DNA of 63,297 nucleotides, the filler included, from Chiloscyllium plagiosum (Eukaryota), in assembly GCF_004010195.1 (NCBI RefSeq). It is 4 parts of one record of this genome, joined end to end, with 100 filler letters (N's around TTAATTAATTAA, not from the genome) between each part and the next. Parts side by side here need not be neighbours in the genome. Positions count along the whole stretch, not along the records: positions 1 to 26,184 come from NC_057715.1; 3 more parts are not named here. One strand, 5' to 3'. Every line of letters begins with the position of its first letter. The stretch's first letter is position 1. The notes below the pieces were generated by a model, which was not told where the DNA came from, ran no database searches, and worked only from the letters and a program-made list of their open reading frames with translations. This document shows positions 10,627-21,439 of this stretch, in pieces. A program made the position numbers and the translations under genes.

Positions 10627-11952
10627 CTGGGGAGACACAATCAGGCAGCGCCCTCGGAATCACAACTGCCTTTCCAGAACGTTCCCCCCCCCCCGAGCAA
10701 GGACCACCCTCCAGCCCAGCCCCAACCCCTCGAGTCACCCCTGGGGCTGGAGATGAGGGAGGGGTTTTGGAATGCTGGGTGGGGGAGTTGGTGGGACATT
10801 GATTGCTTCGCAGGAAGGTGAATGCTAGAAGCAGGCCATTCGGTCTATCGAGCCTGGTGTGTCCTGCGGCTGACCCACTTCCCCTGCCTTCCCACCCGCT
10901 GCTGATACCCTGTACCCCCACCCCCCCCCCGCCCACAACGACCTACCTCTGTCCTGAGCAATATTCAAAGACCCTCCTTTGCAGGAAGGACGGTTCAAAC
11001 ACTCGGAAACTTTCTCCGGGTCTCTGTCCCAATTGGGCGACACCTTCTTTTCAAACACAGAAGGGGGCCATTCAGCCCACCAGGTCTGTGCTGGCCCTTT
11101 GATAAACATGCAGCATTTAAACCACCCTCCCATCTTCCGCAGCAGAGCGGAGTGAATTGGGCCCCATCTCCCCAGGTCCCGTTCCCGTTTGGTGAGGAAT
11201 TACAGTCCACCTCCCTCGCTGGTAGGGAAGAGGAGGCAGGGCCTCACTCACACCGAGGGGAATCACTGCCGATCCCCTCGCGCCGCACGGTTGAGGTGCT
11301 CAGTCAGTACAGCCCCACGGGGACAGCTCACCAAAGCTGGAATCCCCGAGAGTCTGGCCTCAGTCAGCTCCATCAGCCTCCCAGCAGCATCCTCACCACA
11401 CCTCACTACCCCACTCACCACACCTCACTGTCCTCCCNNNNNNNNNNNNNNNNNNNNNNNNNNNNNNNNNNNNNNNNNNNNNNNNNNNNNNNNNNNNNNN
11501 NNNNNNNNNNNNNNNNNNNNNNNNNNNNNNNNNNNNNNNNNNNNNNNNNNNNNNNNNNNNNNNNNNNNNNNNNNNNNNNNNNNNNNNNNNNNNNNNNNNN
11601 NNNNNNNNNNNNNNNNNNNNNNNNNNNNNNNNNNNNNNNNNNNNNNNNNNNNNNNNNNNNNNNNNNNNNNNNNNNNNNNNNNNNNNNNNNNNNNNNNNNN
11701 NNNNNNNNNNNNNNNNNNNNNNNNNNNNNNNNNNNNNNNNNNNNNNNNNNNNNNNNNNNNNNNNNNNNNNNNNNNNNNNNNNNNNNNNNNNNNNNNNNNN
11801 NNNNNNNNNNNNNNNNNNNNNNNNNNNNNNNNNNNNNNNNNNNNNNNNNNNNNNNNNNNNNNNNNNNNNNNNNNNNNNNNNNNNNNNNNNNNNNNNNNNN
11901 NNNNNNNNNNNNNNNNNNNNNNNNNNNNNNNNNNNNNTGTGGTGGGGAAAGT

Positions 11953-12200
11953 GGGCGGCACGGTGGCTCAGTGGTTAGCACTGCTGCCTCACAGCGGCAG
12001 GGACCCGGGTTCAATTCTAGCCCCGGGCGACTATCTGTGTGGAGTTTGCACGTTCTCCCCGTGTCTGGGTGGGTTTGCTCCAGTTTCCTCCCACAGGCCA
12101 AAGATCAGCAGGTTAGGGTGGGTTGGCCACAGGAAATGCAGGGTTACTGCAATTGGGCAGGATGTTGTTCAGAGTGTTGGAATAGGCCGAATGGCCTGCT
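11953..12200 (+). mobile_element. HE1-type SINE
   Basis: Head gggcggcacggtggctcagtggttagcactgctgcctcacagc. Confidence 0.85.
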
Positions 12201-12239
12201 GCTGGCCTTTAGGCTATGGCCTTTGTTATTAAAATGACA

Positions 12240-14142
12240 GGGAGCGTACCTGCCTATTTCTTGGTGGCAGTGCTGTGGTGTTTACCAGCGTCGGCCTATG
12301 TTGATGTAAGGTGCTGAAGACCCGAGGGATTTGAACGGAATCTGGAAGGTGTTCCCTTCCAGTCATGTGGCAGTCCCATGAAAAAGGCCTGGGTGAGATT
12401 GAGCTTTTTGAAGGGCTGGTCCTGGCATCGGTTTGTGCTGAGCTGGAGAGACATTGTGCCTCATTGAGTGTGTCCTTTAGGATCGTATTAATCCGAGATA
12501 ATGCTCCTGGAATTCTGGCTTTCCGGGACAATTTTCATCCTGACATTAAAGCTGGGCATGCCACCCAACACAACCTCTGCCCTAGGGGTCAGGGAGTCAT
12601 TGCTTTCTTTAAAGCCTGCCACAGCCTACAGTGGTAGTGTCCCTACCCGTGAACCAGGAGACCTGGGTTCAAGTTCCATCTGCTCCAGAGGGGCGCTTTA
12701 ATGTCACTGAACAGGTTGATTCGAAAAATAGGACATGTTCCCCCCGACCGGAAGGAGTCAAAAACTTAAAGGAATTTTGTACGCCCGATAAAACCTACCA
12801 AGCAGTAAAGAACATTGAAGGGATGAGGTCAAGCAAGCCAACAGGAATGTAAACTGGAAAAGACTTTGCCCTCAATTTATTAAAGGCTTCCTTGGTTTTG
12901 AAGAAACTATTGAAGCAGTGATGAAGAAAGCAATGGACTTTGATAATCAACTCCAACTTGGAGATGGTCAGGAGTTGCTCGAATCCCAAGAGCCAATAAG
13001 TAAGGCCCGGTCGGGACTGAAGCACCAGATGGAGAAGACAAAACAGAATCAGCGACTCGAAGCGATTCACGGTCCAGGAACTGGCAGAACCCTCTTAGGC
13101 TTATGGGAGAAGGAATGAGTGGATTTGCAGGACAAGACCCAAACATTCCCAGATACACCAAGGTCCAAAGAGCTGTTGGTGAGTGGTTGCAGTGTTAGAA
13201 GGAGAAACATGTAGAAAAGTGTGAGGCCTCAGTCCAACCATCCCTTGAAATAACGTTCAACAAGCTCAAAAGAAGCCAGAGCCGATTCCATCGTCTTCAA
13301 CAATACGGGGTGCTCTTCAGAGGGTCGGGATGTTCTCGATGGGCCGAAGGGATTCTAAGTTCTTCATCAGCATCTCCCCGTCTTTTCTCAATAACATCCC
13401 TCTCTGCTCTGAGAAATGATCCTTCCAATAGGTAAGCTAGTGCCTGTGTAAATGAAGTAGGAGAAAGTGAGGACTGCAGATGCTGGAGATCAGAGCTGAA
13501 AATGTGTTGCTGGAAAAGCGCAGCAGGTCAGGCAGCATCCAGGGAACAGGAGAATCGACGTTTCAGGCATGAGCCCTTCTTCAGGAAGGGCTTATGCCTN
13601 NNNNNNNNNNNNNNNNNNNNNNNNNNNNNNNNNNNNNNNNNNNNNNNNNNNNNNNNNNNNNNNNNNNNNNNNNNNNNNNNNNNNNNNNNNNNNNNNNNNN
13701 NNNNNNNNNNNNNNNNNNNNNNNNNNNNNNNNNNNNNNNNNNNNNNNNNNNNNNNNNNNNNNNNNNNNNNNNNNNNNNNNNNNNNNNNNNNNNNNNNNNN
13801 NNNNNNNNNNNNNNNNNNNNNNNNNNNNNNNNNNNNNNNNNNNNNNNNNNNNNNNNNNNNNNNCGCAAGTAGGCGGCCTGTCTCCCCAATGTATAGGAGG
13901 CCACATTGGGTGCAGTGGATGGAGTAAATGATGTGTGTGGAGGTGCAGGTGAATTTCTGATGGATATGGAAGGATCCCTTGGGGCCTTGGAGGGAAGTGA
14001 GGGGGGAGGTGTGGGCGCTTCCCTCACTTCCTGTTTTAATGTTGTATACTGCATATAACATCGTGTGTGTTCCCAGTTGCATACAACTTGACTTACAAAC
14101 ATTCTGAGGAATGGAACCTGTTTGTAAGGTGGGGACTGCCTG
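12240..14142 (+). mobile_element. Decayed Tigger/pogo-type DNA transposon with nested SINE and PLE insertions
   Basis: Frameshifted DDE transposase: FRIVLIRDNAPG, MPPNTTS, GQGVIAFFKA, WKRLCPQFIKGFLGFEE. A Tigger-like terminal repeat (reverse complement caggcagtccccaccttac) sits at 14124-14142. Confidence 0.8.
13458..14017 (-). mobile_element. Penelope-like element fragment (GIY-YIG endonuclease plus hammerhead-bearing terminus)
   Basis: IIYSIHCTQCGLLYIGETGRLL at 13864-14017; hammerhead motif at 13557-13584 on the minus strand; internal N gap. Confidence 0.9.
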
Positions 14143-14504
14143 TGTTCATTTGTGAACCTTTCCTGATTTTTCCATTACCTTTCTGTTAAGTATTGGAACA
14201 CAGTGGGGGTCTAGCACGGTCTCCCTGGGTTGTGAACTGCTTCCCTCCTGTCCACAAGCTGTCCATTGACGGTCAATGGAAAGCAGTTGTTTGCAGCTAC
14301 AGGAACTGTTCATATGTCAGATATTTAAAATTACTCCCCTGTATGAGATTACATTCATATTCATAAGCCTGGGACCCCAGGTAATGTTTAATTGATTTGG
14401 AGGAGATTTGTGTTCAGAAACATCTCTCTCTCTCCCTCTCTCCTTCAACCTCTTTCTCACTCTGTCATTCTCTGTAATTTTCCCTCCAGCCTGTTTCCAC
14501 TCAT

Positions 14505-14975
14505 CACTGGCTGGGCCCAGCATTTATTGCCCGTCCCTAGTTGCCCCTTGAGAAGGTGGGGGTGAGCTGCCTTCTTGAACCTCTGCAGTCCAACTATCTT
14601 ACCATGTTCCCTGTGATGATATTGCCATGAGATGTTCATGTGACAGAATCAATTTTGTCGCTGCAATCAGGAGTATTTATCCAATAAAATCTTCCAAACC
14701 ACTTCCATCGAGGAGGACAAGGGGCAGCAGATACATGGGAACACCACCCCCTGCAGGTTCCCCTCCAAGACACTCCCCATCCTGACTTGGAAATATATCG
14801 CCGTTCCTTCACTGTCACTGCATCACAATCCTGGAATTCCCTCCCTAAGGGCATTGTGGGTCAACCCACAGCACATGGACTGCAGCGGGTCAAGAAGGCA
14901 GCTCACCCCCACCTTCTCAAGGGGCAACTAGGGACGGGCAATCAACACTGGCTCAGTTGGTGACACTCACATCCT
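14505..14975. mobile_element. Two inverted 3' fragments of a non-LTR retroelement (same family as 49715-52400)
   Basis: 14506-14592 is the reverse complement of 14876-14955; the same tail sequence occurs at 33700-33800 and 49725-49820. Confidence 0.75.
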
Positions 14976-15059
14976 GTGAATATAAAGTTGAAAGGTTCCC
15001 AGCAGCATTGGGAGAATTTGACGGGTCAGCTGGTGGGAAGGTTTACTACCTGACCAGCC

Positions 15060-15430
15060 CACAGCAGTGTGACAACGTCTGAGCAACACCAGGCTCATTG
15101 TTATCAATCCATTTGAATGGATGAAGCCAGTAGATTTCTTTAGGGAATTTCTGGTCACAGATACAGAGACATCAACTCCTTTACCTCAGTCCTGTGGGTA
15201 TCTGTGACCCATGGGCCTTAAACATGGCCCTGAGATCCTGATGGTATCTCTCCAAAGTTCTGTGTGTCTGCCGATTATACGCAGATAACTTCAATGGTTT
15301 CATGCCCAGACTGCATCCTGGAAAATTTTAAACATCAGGTTACAAAAGGACTGAGATAAAGTTCCCACTAGTGCCTCAGCTGCAATTGTCCTTGAAGGAG
15401 AAGTATCTGAGAATCAGGTGGGGTATCCAT
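15060..15430 (-). mobile_element. Gypsy-type LTR retrotransposon integrase remnant
   Basis: Minus strand encodes LGMKPLKLSAYNRQTHRTLERYHQDLRAMFKA (compare the integrase S.YHPQ..G.LER.HQTLK.M motif), preceded by RTIAAEALV and followed by RNSLKKSTGF. Confidence 0.6.
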
Positions 15431-15489
15431 CATTGTAAGGACACACCAGTAACCGGCCTCTCATGGGTGGGCATGAGTCTGACACAGAG

Positions 15490-15875
15490 CAAAAGGGAGG
15501 ACTGCAGATGCTGGAAATCAGAGTCTATACTAGAGTGGTGCTGGAAAAGCACAGCAGGTCAGGCAACATTCCAGGAGCAGGAAAATCAACGTTTCGGGCA
15601 GGAGCCCTTCATCAGGGTCTGTCACAATCTGCTAACACTTGACTAAATGTTTCTTCAGAAACCGGTCTGCGGATTTTCAAAGGGGCTGGCTTAACAACGT
15701 GTTTAGGTTTACCTAACACCTGACAGACATATCGACGACATCAGGGATCCTGATGAAGGGCTTTTGCCCAAAACGTTGATTTTCTTGCTCCTTGGATGTT
15801 GCCTGACCTGCTATGCTTTTCCAGCACCACTCTCTTGACTCTGATCTCCAGCATCTGCAGTCCTCACTACTGCCT
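15490..15875. mobile_element. Two short PLE terminal units in opposite orientation (15490-15617 minus; 15745-15875 plus)
   Basis: Each has a hammerhead-like core with CpG-type decay. The second is flanked by acctgacaga(c/t)at direct repeats. Confidence 0.8.
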
Positions 15876-16109
15876 ACCTGACAGATATGCACATTTTACA
15901 GAGCTGCACCCATTCATTTACCTGTTTCCTGGTGGTTGTATTCCCCCCTCTCCTGCACATCCAGCCATCAGCCCTTCTTCAGCTACTAATAATAGCTTGG
16001 TATGAGATCAGGCTGACACCACCAGAAGAAATAGGAACAAATATAGGCTATTCAGCCCCTCAAACCTGCACTGACATTCCTCACATCCACTTTCTGGCTT
16101 TTTATCTGT

Positions 16110-16415
16110 GGGTGGCTCAGTGGTTAGCACTGCTGCCTCACAGCGCCAGGGACCTGGGTTCAATTCCCACCTCGGGTGATTGTCTGTGTGGAGTTTGCAC
16201 ATTCCTCTGGGTGCTCCGGTTTCCTCCCACAGTCCAAAGATGCGCAGGTCAGGGTGGATTGGCCAGGCTAAATTGCACCATAGTGTTCAGGGTTGGGTAG
16301 GCTATGTGGGTTAGCCATGGGAAATGCAGGGTTACAGGGACAGGTCTGGGTGGGCTGCTCTTCAGCAGGTTGGTGTGGACCCGATGGGCCGAATGGCCTG
16401 CTTCCACACTGGTTG
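16110..16415 (+). mobile_element. HE1-type SINE
   Basis: gtggctcagtggttagcactgctgcctcacagcgcc...ggttcaattcc head and HE1 body. Confidence 0.85.
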
Positions 16416-16424
16416 GGATTCTAG

Positions 16425-17165
16425 GATTCTAAGAACCCTTAATTCCCTGACTGATGGAGAATCTCTCTCAGCCTTAAATATCCACACGGACTCTGTCCCC
16501 ACAGCTCTCTGTGACAAGGAGTTCCAAAGGCTCACAACCCTCTGAGAGAAGAAATTCCTCCCCATCTCAGTCTGAAATTGGTGCCCCTTTATTCTGAGAC
16601 TGTGCCCTCTGGTCCTAGACCCTCCCATGAGGGGAAACATCCTCACAGCATTGACCCACTCAAGCCCCTTGAGAATCCTGGATGTTTCAGTGAGATCCCC
16701 TCTCATTCCTGTGTTGTTGATTTTAGTTGCCAGTGTGCTTGTTTTGCCCAGTTGAAGCTACCTCTTTGAATGTTCTTAAAACAAAGATAGATAGATGTTC
16801 GAACAGTAAATTAATTAAGGGTTATGGTGAAAGGGTGGGTAAGTGGTGCTGAGGCCATGAAAAGAACAACCATGATCTTATAGAATGGTTGAGCAGGCTC
16901 GAAGGGCTGAATGACCTACGCCTGCCCCTGGTTCTTATGTTCTAAACCCCTCACCTCTGGAATCAATCTCGTGAGTCTCCCCTGAACTGTCTCCAATACA
17001 ACGACACTCCACTTCAAGTAAGGAGACCCAACCTGTATGTAATACTCCAGGTACGGTCTCAGGAATGCTTATCCGGTTGCAGCAATATTTCTCCACGTTT
17101 ATACCCTATTCCATCAGCAACAAAAATTCCACTTGCCCTCCGTCTTACCTGAGGTACCTGCCTGC
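16425..17165. mobile_element. Cluster of CR1 3' fragments
   Basis: ORF 16362..16706 reads RGDLTET...SRTRGHSLRI...FFSQRVVSLWNSL; further pieces occur in both orientations. Confidence 0.8.
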
Positions 17166-20100
17166 AAAGCTCACCGTGAAACTTTCTGAAGAGTCACTGG
17201 ACCTGAATTGTTTCTCTCTCCACAGATGCTGCCAGACCTGCTGAGTTTCTCCAGCCATTTCAGTTTCGGATCATCACCACGGCTGTTTTATTTTAGAGTG
17301 AAACCTTGCTGTGCTGAGTGTTTTACAATTTTGTTCTAACGGTGTTCTATTTAGAGTTTGTTTTGTTTATCTTTGTTTCTTTCTGTTGTATATTCTTCTG
17401 CTGTTGGAGAAACCCTGCCATCTAGTGTGATTGTTTTCACTGACTGACCATCTTGTTTGCTAAAATACGAGAAAATAACCATCCATCAGGGCCAGATTCA
17501 TCTGGGATAGAGTCTGAGAGTCATACAGCGCCTTCGGCCCAACTAGTCCATACTGAACAGAATCCCAAACTAATCTAGTCCCACCTGCCTGCTCCTGGCC
17601 CATATCTCTCCAAACCTTTCCTCTTCGTGTACCTGTCCAAATGTCTTTTAAACGTTGTAACCGTACCCACATCCCCCACTTCCTCAGGAAGCTCATTCCA
17701 CACACAAACCACCCTCTGTGTAAAACCTTTGACCCTTGCAAGCACCAATGATTATAAGGTGGGGGAACAAATGGGAACGTGCTGCAGCTTCAGAGCTTTC
17801 ACCTCTTGGTGTGGGCTTCCTGTCACCAGATGGTGCTCGGAAGCACATTAGGACAACTCTGCCCCCAACCATCTCCTGCCCACATTCCCAGACCACCTTG
17901 GAGAAAGGCAAGGGAGGATAGGGATGGTGCAGGATGAGGAGCAGATCCAGACCCGTCCAATCTGCACACCAGAGAGAAAAATCACACAATTGTTATGGTA
18001 CAGAAAGAGGCCATTTGGCCTATCATATCTGCAACCGTTCTAACACCTCGTGCCAATCTCCTGCCTTTTCCCCTTGTCCCTGCACACCATTTCTACAAAA
18101 ACAGAGCCCATCCAATGCCCCTCTTGAATGCCCCAATTGAACCAGCCCCCACCATGTTTCCAGGCAGTGCATTCCCACGCCCTAACTCCTCGCTGAGTGA
18201 CAAGGATTCTTTCTCACATCACCTGTTCAAATTTTACATTCTCGTTCCTTTTAAGAAGTGACAGCTTCTCCCTGTTGGGTCTCTGCAGTCTGCTCATGAT
18301 TCCGAAAGAGATTCCCATCTCTCTGCTGTGGGAAGAAGGCGATCAGTCAATTCCTGGTTTGAGTGTGACTGTAGGCACTGGAATGGGTGAAATATATGCA
18401 GGAAACGAGAGGATGAGCTCGACTACTTTAATCTCTGGTAGATCTTCAGAGAGAATTCGGTGGGCCCCCTCTTCCAGCCCTCTGTCGATGTTGTCCTTTC
18501 TCTACCAGAAGGGTCTCCCGCTGTCTTCTCATGTCACTGCCGCCTCTCTCTGACATGGGAGCACAGCACAGTCCTGTCCTGGAGATGAAGAGGTGAGATG
18601 GCTTCCTTTCTCTGCTAAGGTCGTCCGGCCAAACTTTGGGCATAATACGTTCCCTTTCAGCCGAGGATTCGGGAAAAGGTCCTGAGGAAATCCCCGCGAG
18701 ATCCCGAGAACCTGGGAATTGGAATCGGGAAAGCAAGTCTGCCGCTGTGCAGTGTCAGGCAATGGGTAAAGGAGGGTGAATTAATGAGTCATTACCTTGG
18801 GCCTGGATGTAATGTTCCTATTTATGATGTCACGTCATGTCAGTCCTAGTCATCTGTTACTCTGACTAGAAGCTAGTCAATTGGGGGAAAACAGCTCTGT
18901 CTGCTATGGCCAAGTAAGTTCTTAAACCTTGTCTTTCTTGTCTTGTGTTGAGTGTTGGATTATTCTCTGCCATTTGGGTTCGGGTGGTGTGTGGTGGGGT
19001 GGAGAGGGAGTGGGTTTTTCGAAACAGTCTCCTCCCCACTTGGGTTAACGCTCTGAGGGCAATGGAATGAACAGCAATGAGATGATATGGTACTGACAGG
19101 ACAGCGACAGGCCGTTCAGCCCATCTGGTCCATGCCTGTGCTGAGAGTCCTCCCACTGTCTCTCCTCCCCCACCAGCCCCCCCCCCCCACCCTCTCACAC
19201 CGTGCCCCTGGATGATTTCCACATTCTCGTCCCTCTCTGGACCGAGCCGTACGTCCCAAACTCTTGGCCGGGCTGTTTGTGCCGACCTCCGTGGCCCCTC
19301 GGTGGGGGTTTCTCCTGCATGAGGCAGCACCTTCCCTTGGTTGAAGCGTCACGTGTGGCAGGATCACGTGCTAACCCCATCTCCACCTCACTCCCACATC
19401 CCATAATCCCCCAACCCCCCCCATCATCCCCATCCCCCACACCCATCCCCCAATCCCCNNNNNNNNNNNNNNNNNNNNNNNNNNNNNNNNNNNNNNNNNN
19501 NNNNNNNNNNNNNNNNNNNNNNNNNNNNNNNNNNNNNNNNNNNNNNNNNNNNNNNNNNNNNNNNNNNNNNNNNNNNNNNNNNNNNNNNNNNNNNNNNNNN
19601 NNNNNNNNNNNNNNNNNNNNNNNNNNNNNNNNNNNNNNNNNNNNNNNNNNNNNNNNNNNNNNNNNNNNNNNNNNNNNNNNNNNNNNNNNNNNNNNNNNNN
19701 NNNNNNNNNNNNNNNNNNNNNNNNNNNNNNNNNNNNNNNNNNNNNNNNNNNNNNNNNNNNNNNNNNNNNNNNNNNNNNNNNNNNNNNNNNNNNNNNNNNN
19801 NNNNNNNNNNNNNNNNNNNNNNNNNNNNNNNNNNNNNNNNNNNNNNNNNNNNNNNNNNNNNNNNNNNNNNNNNNNNNNNNNNNNNNNNNNNNNNNNNNNN
19901 NNNNNNNNNNNNNNNNNNNNNNNNNNNNNNNNNNNNNNNNNNNNNNNNNNNNNNNNNNNNNNNNNNNNNNNNNNNNNNNNNNNNNNNNNNNNNNNNNNNN
20001 NNNNNNNNNNNNNNNNNNNNNNNNNNNNNNNNNNNNNNNNNNNNNNNNNNNNNNNNNNNNNNNNNNNNNNNNNNNNNNNNNNNNNNNNNNNNNNNNNNNN

Positions 20101-21439
20101 NNNNNNNNNNNNNNNNNNNNNNNNNNNNNNNNNNNNNNNNNNNNNNNNNNNNNNNNNNNNNNNATTCCCCCACACCCTGACCAGACTGATCCCCCCCTCC
20201 CCCCACACCCTGACCCTGACTGATCCACCACTGCCCCACACTGATCCCCTCCTCTACACCCTGGCAGGTGAGAAACCTGGTACCTTCCTGATTGGTAAAC
20301 AGAGCGGCCTACCTGTTTGGGTGAGGAAACGAAGCCTCGATCTGTCTCAGTCTGGTGGGGTGATTGGGTTCTTCTCCGCCTTCTGCCCACCTTCAATCCT
20401 CCACCCCCCTCCCAGGGAATATTCCCTCTCCTGGACATTATCGGCCATGGCTGCCTCCCCGCACCCCACCCCACCCCTCCCCAGACCAAAGGCCACATGT
20501 GGCCTGTGGGGGATGCCGTATCTCACAGTCACTGGTGTGTCTGATTGGCTGGCAGCTTTCAGTGGGATAGGTAGCGATCCAGTGGAATGTCCGGAGGGTG
20601 GTCACATGGTGAGTGTGCCTGACTGTCACATGGTCTGGATGGGTCTCCCATTCAAGGTGGTGACGGGGGAGATGAAGGGGCACCCATTGATATACTTGGA
20701 TGAAAGATAAAGGAAGATGGATTTGGAGGAAGTCCATTGACTCCCCCCTCAGCCTGCTCCTTCCTGTAAATATCAATGTCACTTATAGAGTTTGGATTTT
20801 AAAATAGTGGCATATGTAGTTGTTTACCTTCTTGAAGGCTTTGTACAAAAGTAATTATGTCTGAGACAGTGACTCAAACCAATCTGTGTAAGAATGTAGG
20901 GAGCACCCACAGTGTTAATGGAAGAATGTTTTTACTGTGATGGTGTACAATGTGTGACATCAACACTGAGTGGCGTTCATTTATTTTTGGTTCAGGATGA
21001 CCAGGGATTCATTTTAACTTCAGAAACCCAAACATTAAATGTTAGCTGGCAATTTGGAGAAAGAAACAAATATAGTCTTTGCCCTGGAAAAGGTGTATGT
21101 AATGGTTGGGAGGAAATGCAGCTACCTCAGTAGAAAAGTTTAATTTGTGCAATTTCCAGACCAGGAGTGTTTGGTTAGCAATCGGCTGCTTATTAAAAAG
21201 CAGAGAAAATCTAAGCTCTCGGTTTTGTGTGAATTCATGGAACAATATTTTTTCTGGAGATAGATGAGCCCAAGCCAATCTGAGTTTAATTCATGCTGAT
21301 ATTATTTTAATTTCATCTTTGCATTTTCTCTGTTACCTCCATGCCCTTTTTGTATAAAGGATAAATAGGGTGCTCACTTGGACTTTAAACTTGTGAGTCG
21401 GGGGGAAGGGAAAGGGAAAGCCGCAGGTTAGCATGTGTA

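Noticed and set aside
17416..17838. Two CTCF-like motifs
   Set aside because: One or two mismatches each to a short consensus; expected by chance in 63 kb.
20996..21092. Plus-strand exon candidate (DDQGFILTSETQTLNVSWQFGERNKYSLCPGK)
   Set aside because: Mediocre donor (gtgtat), no recognisable homology, and no supporting neighbouring coding exons.
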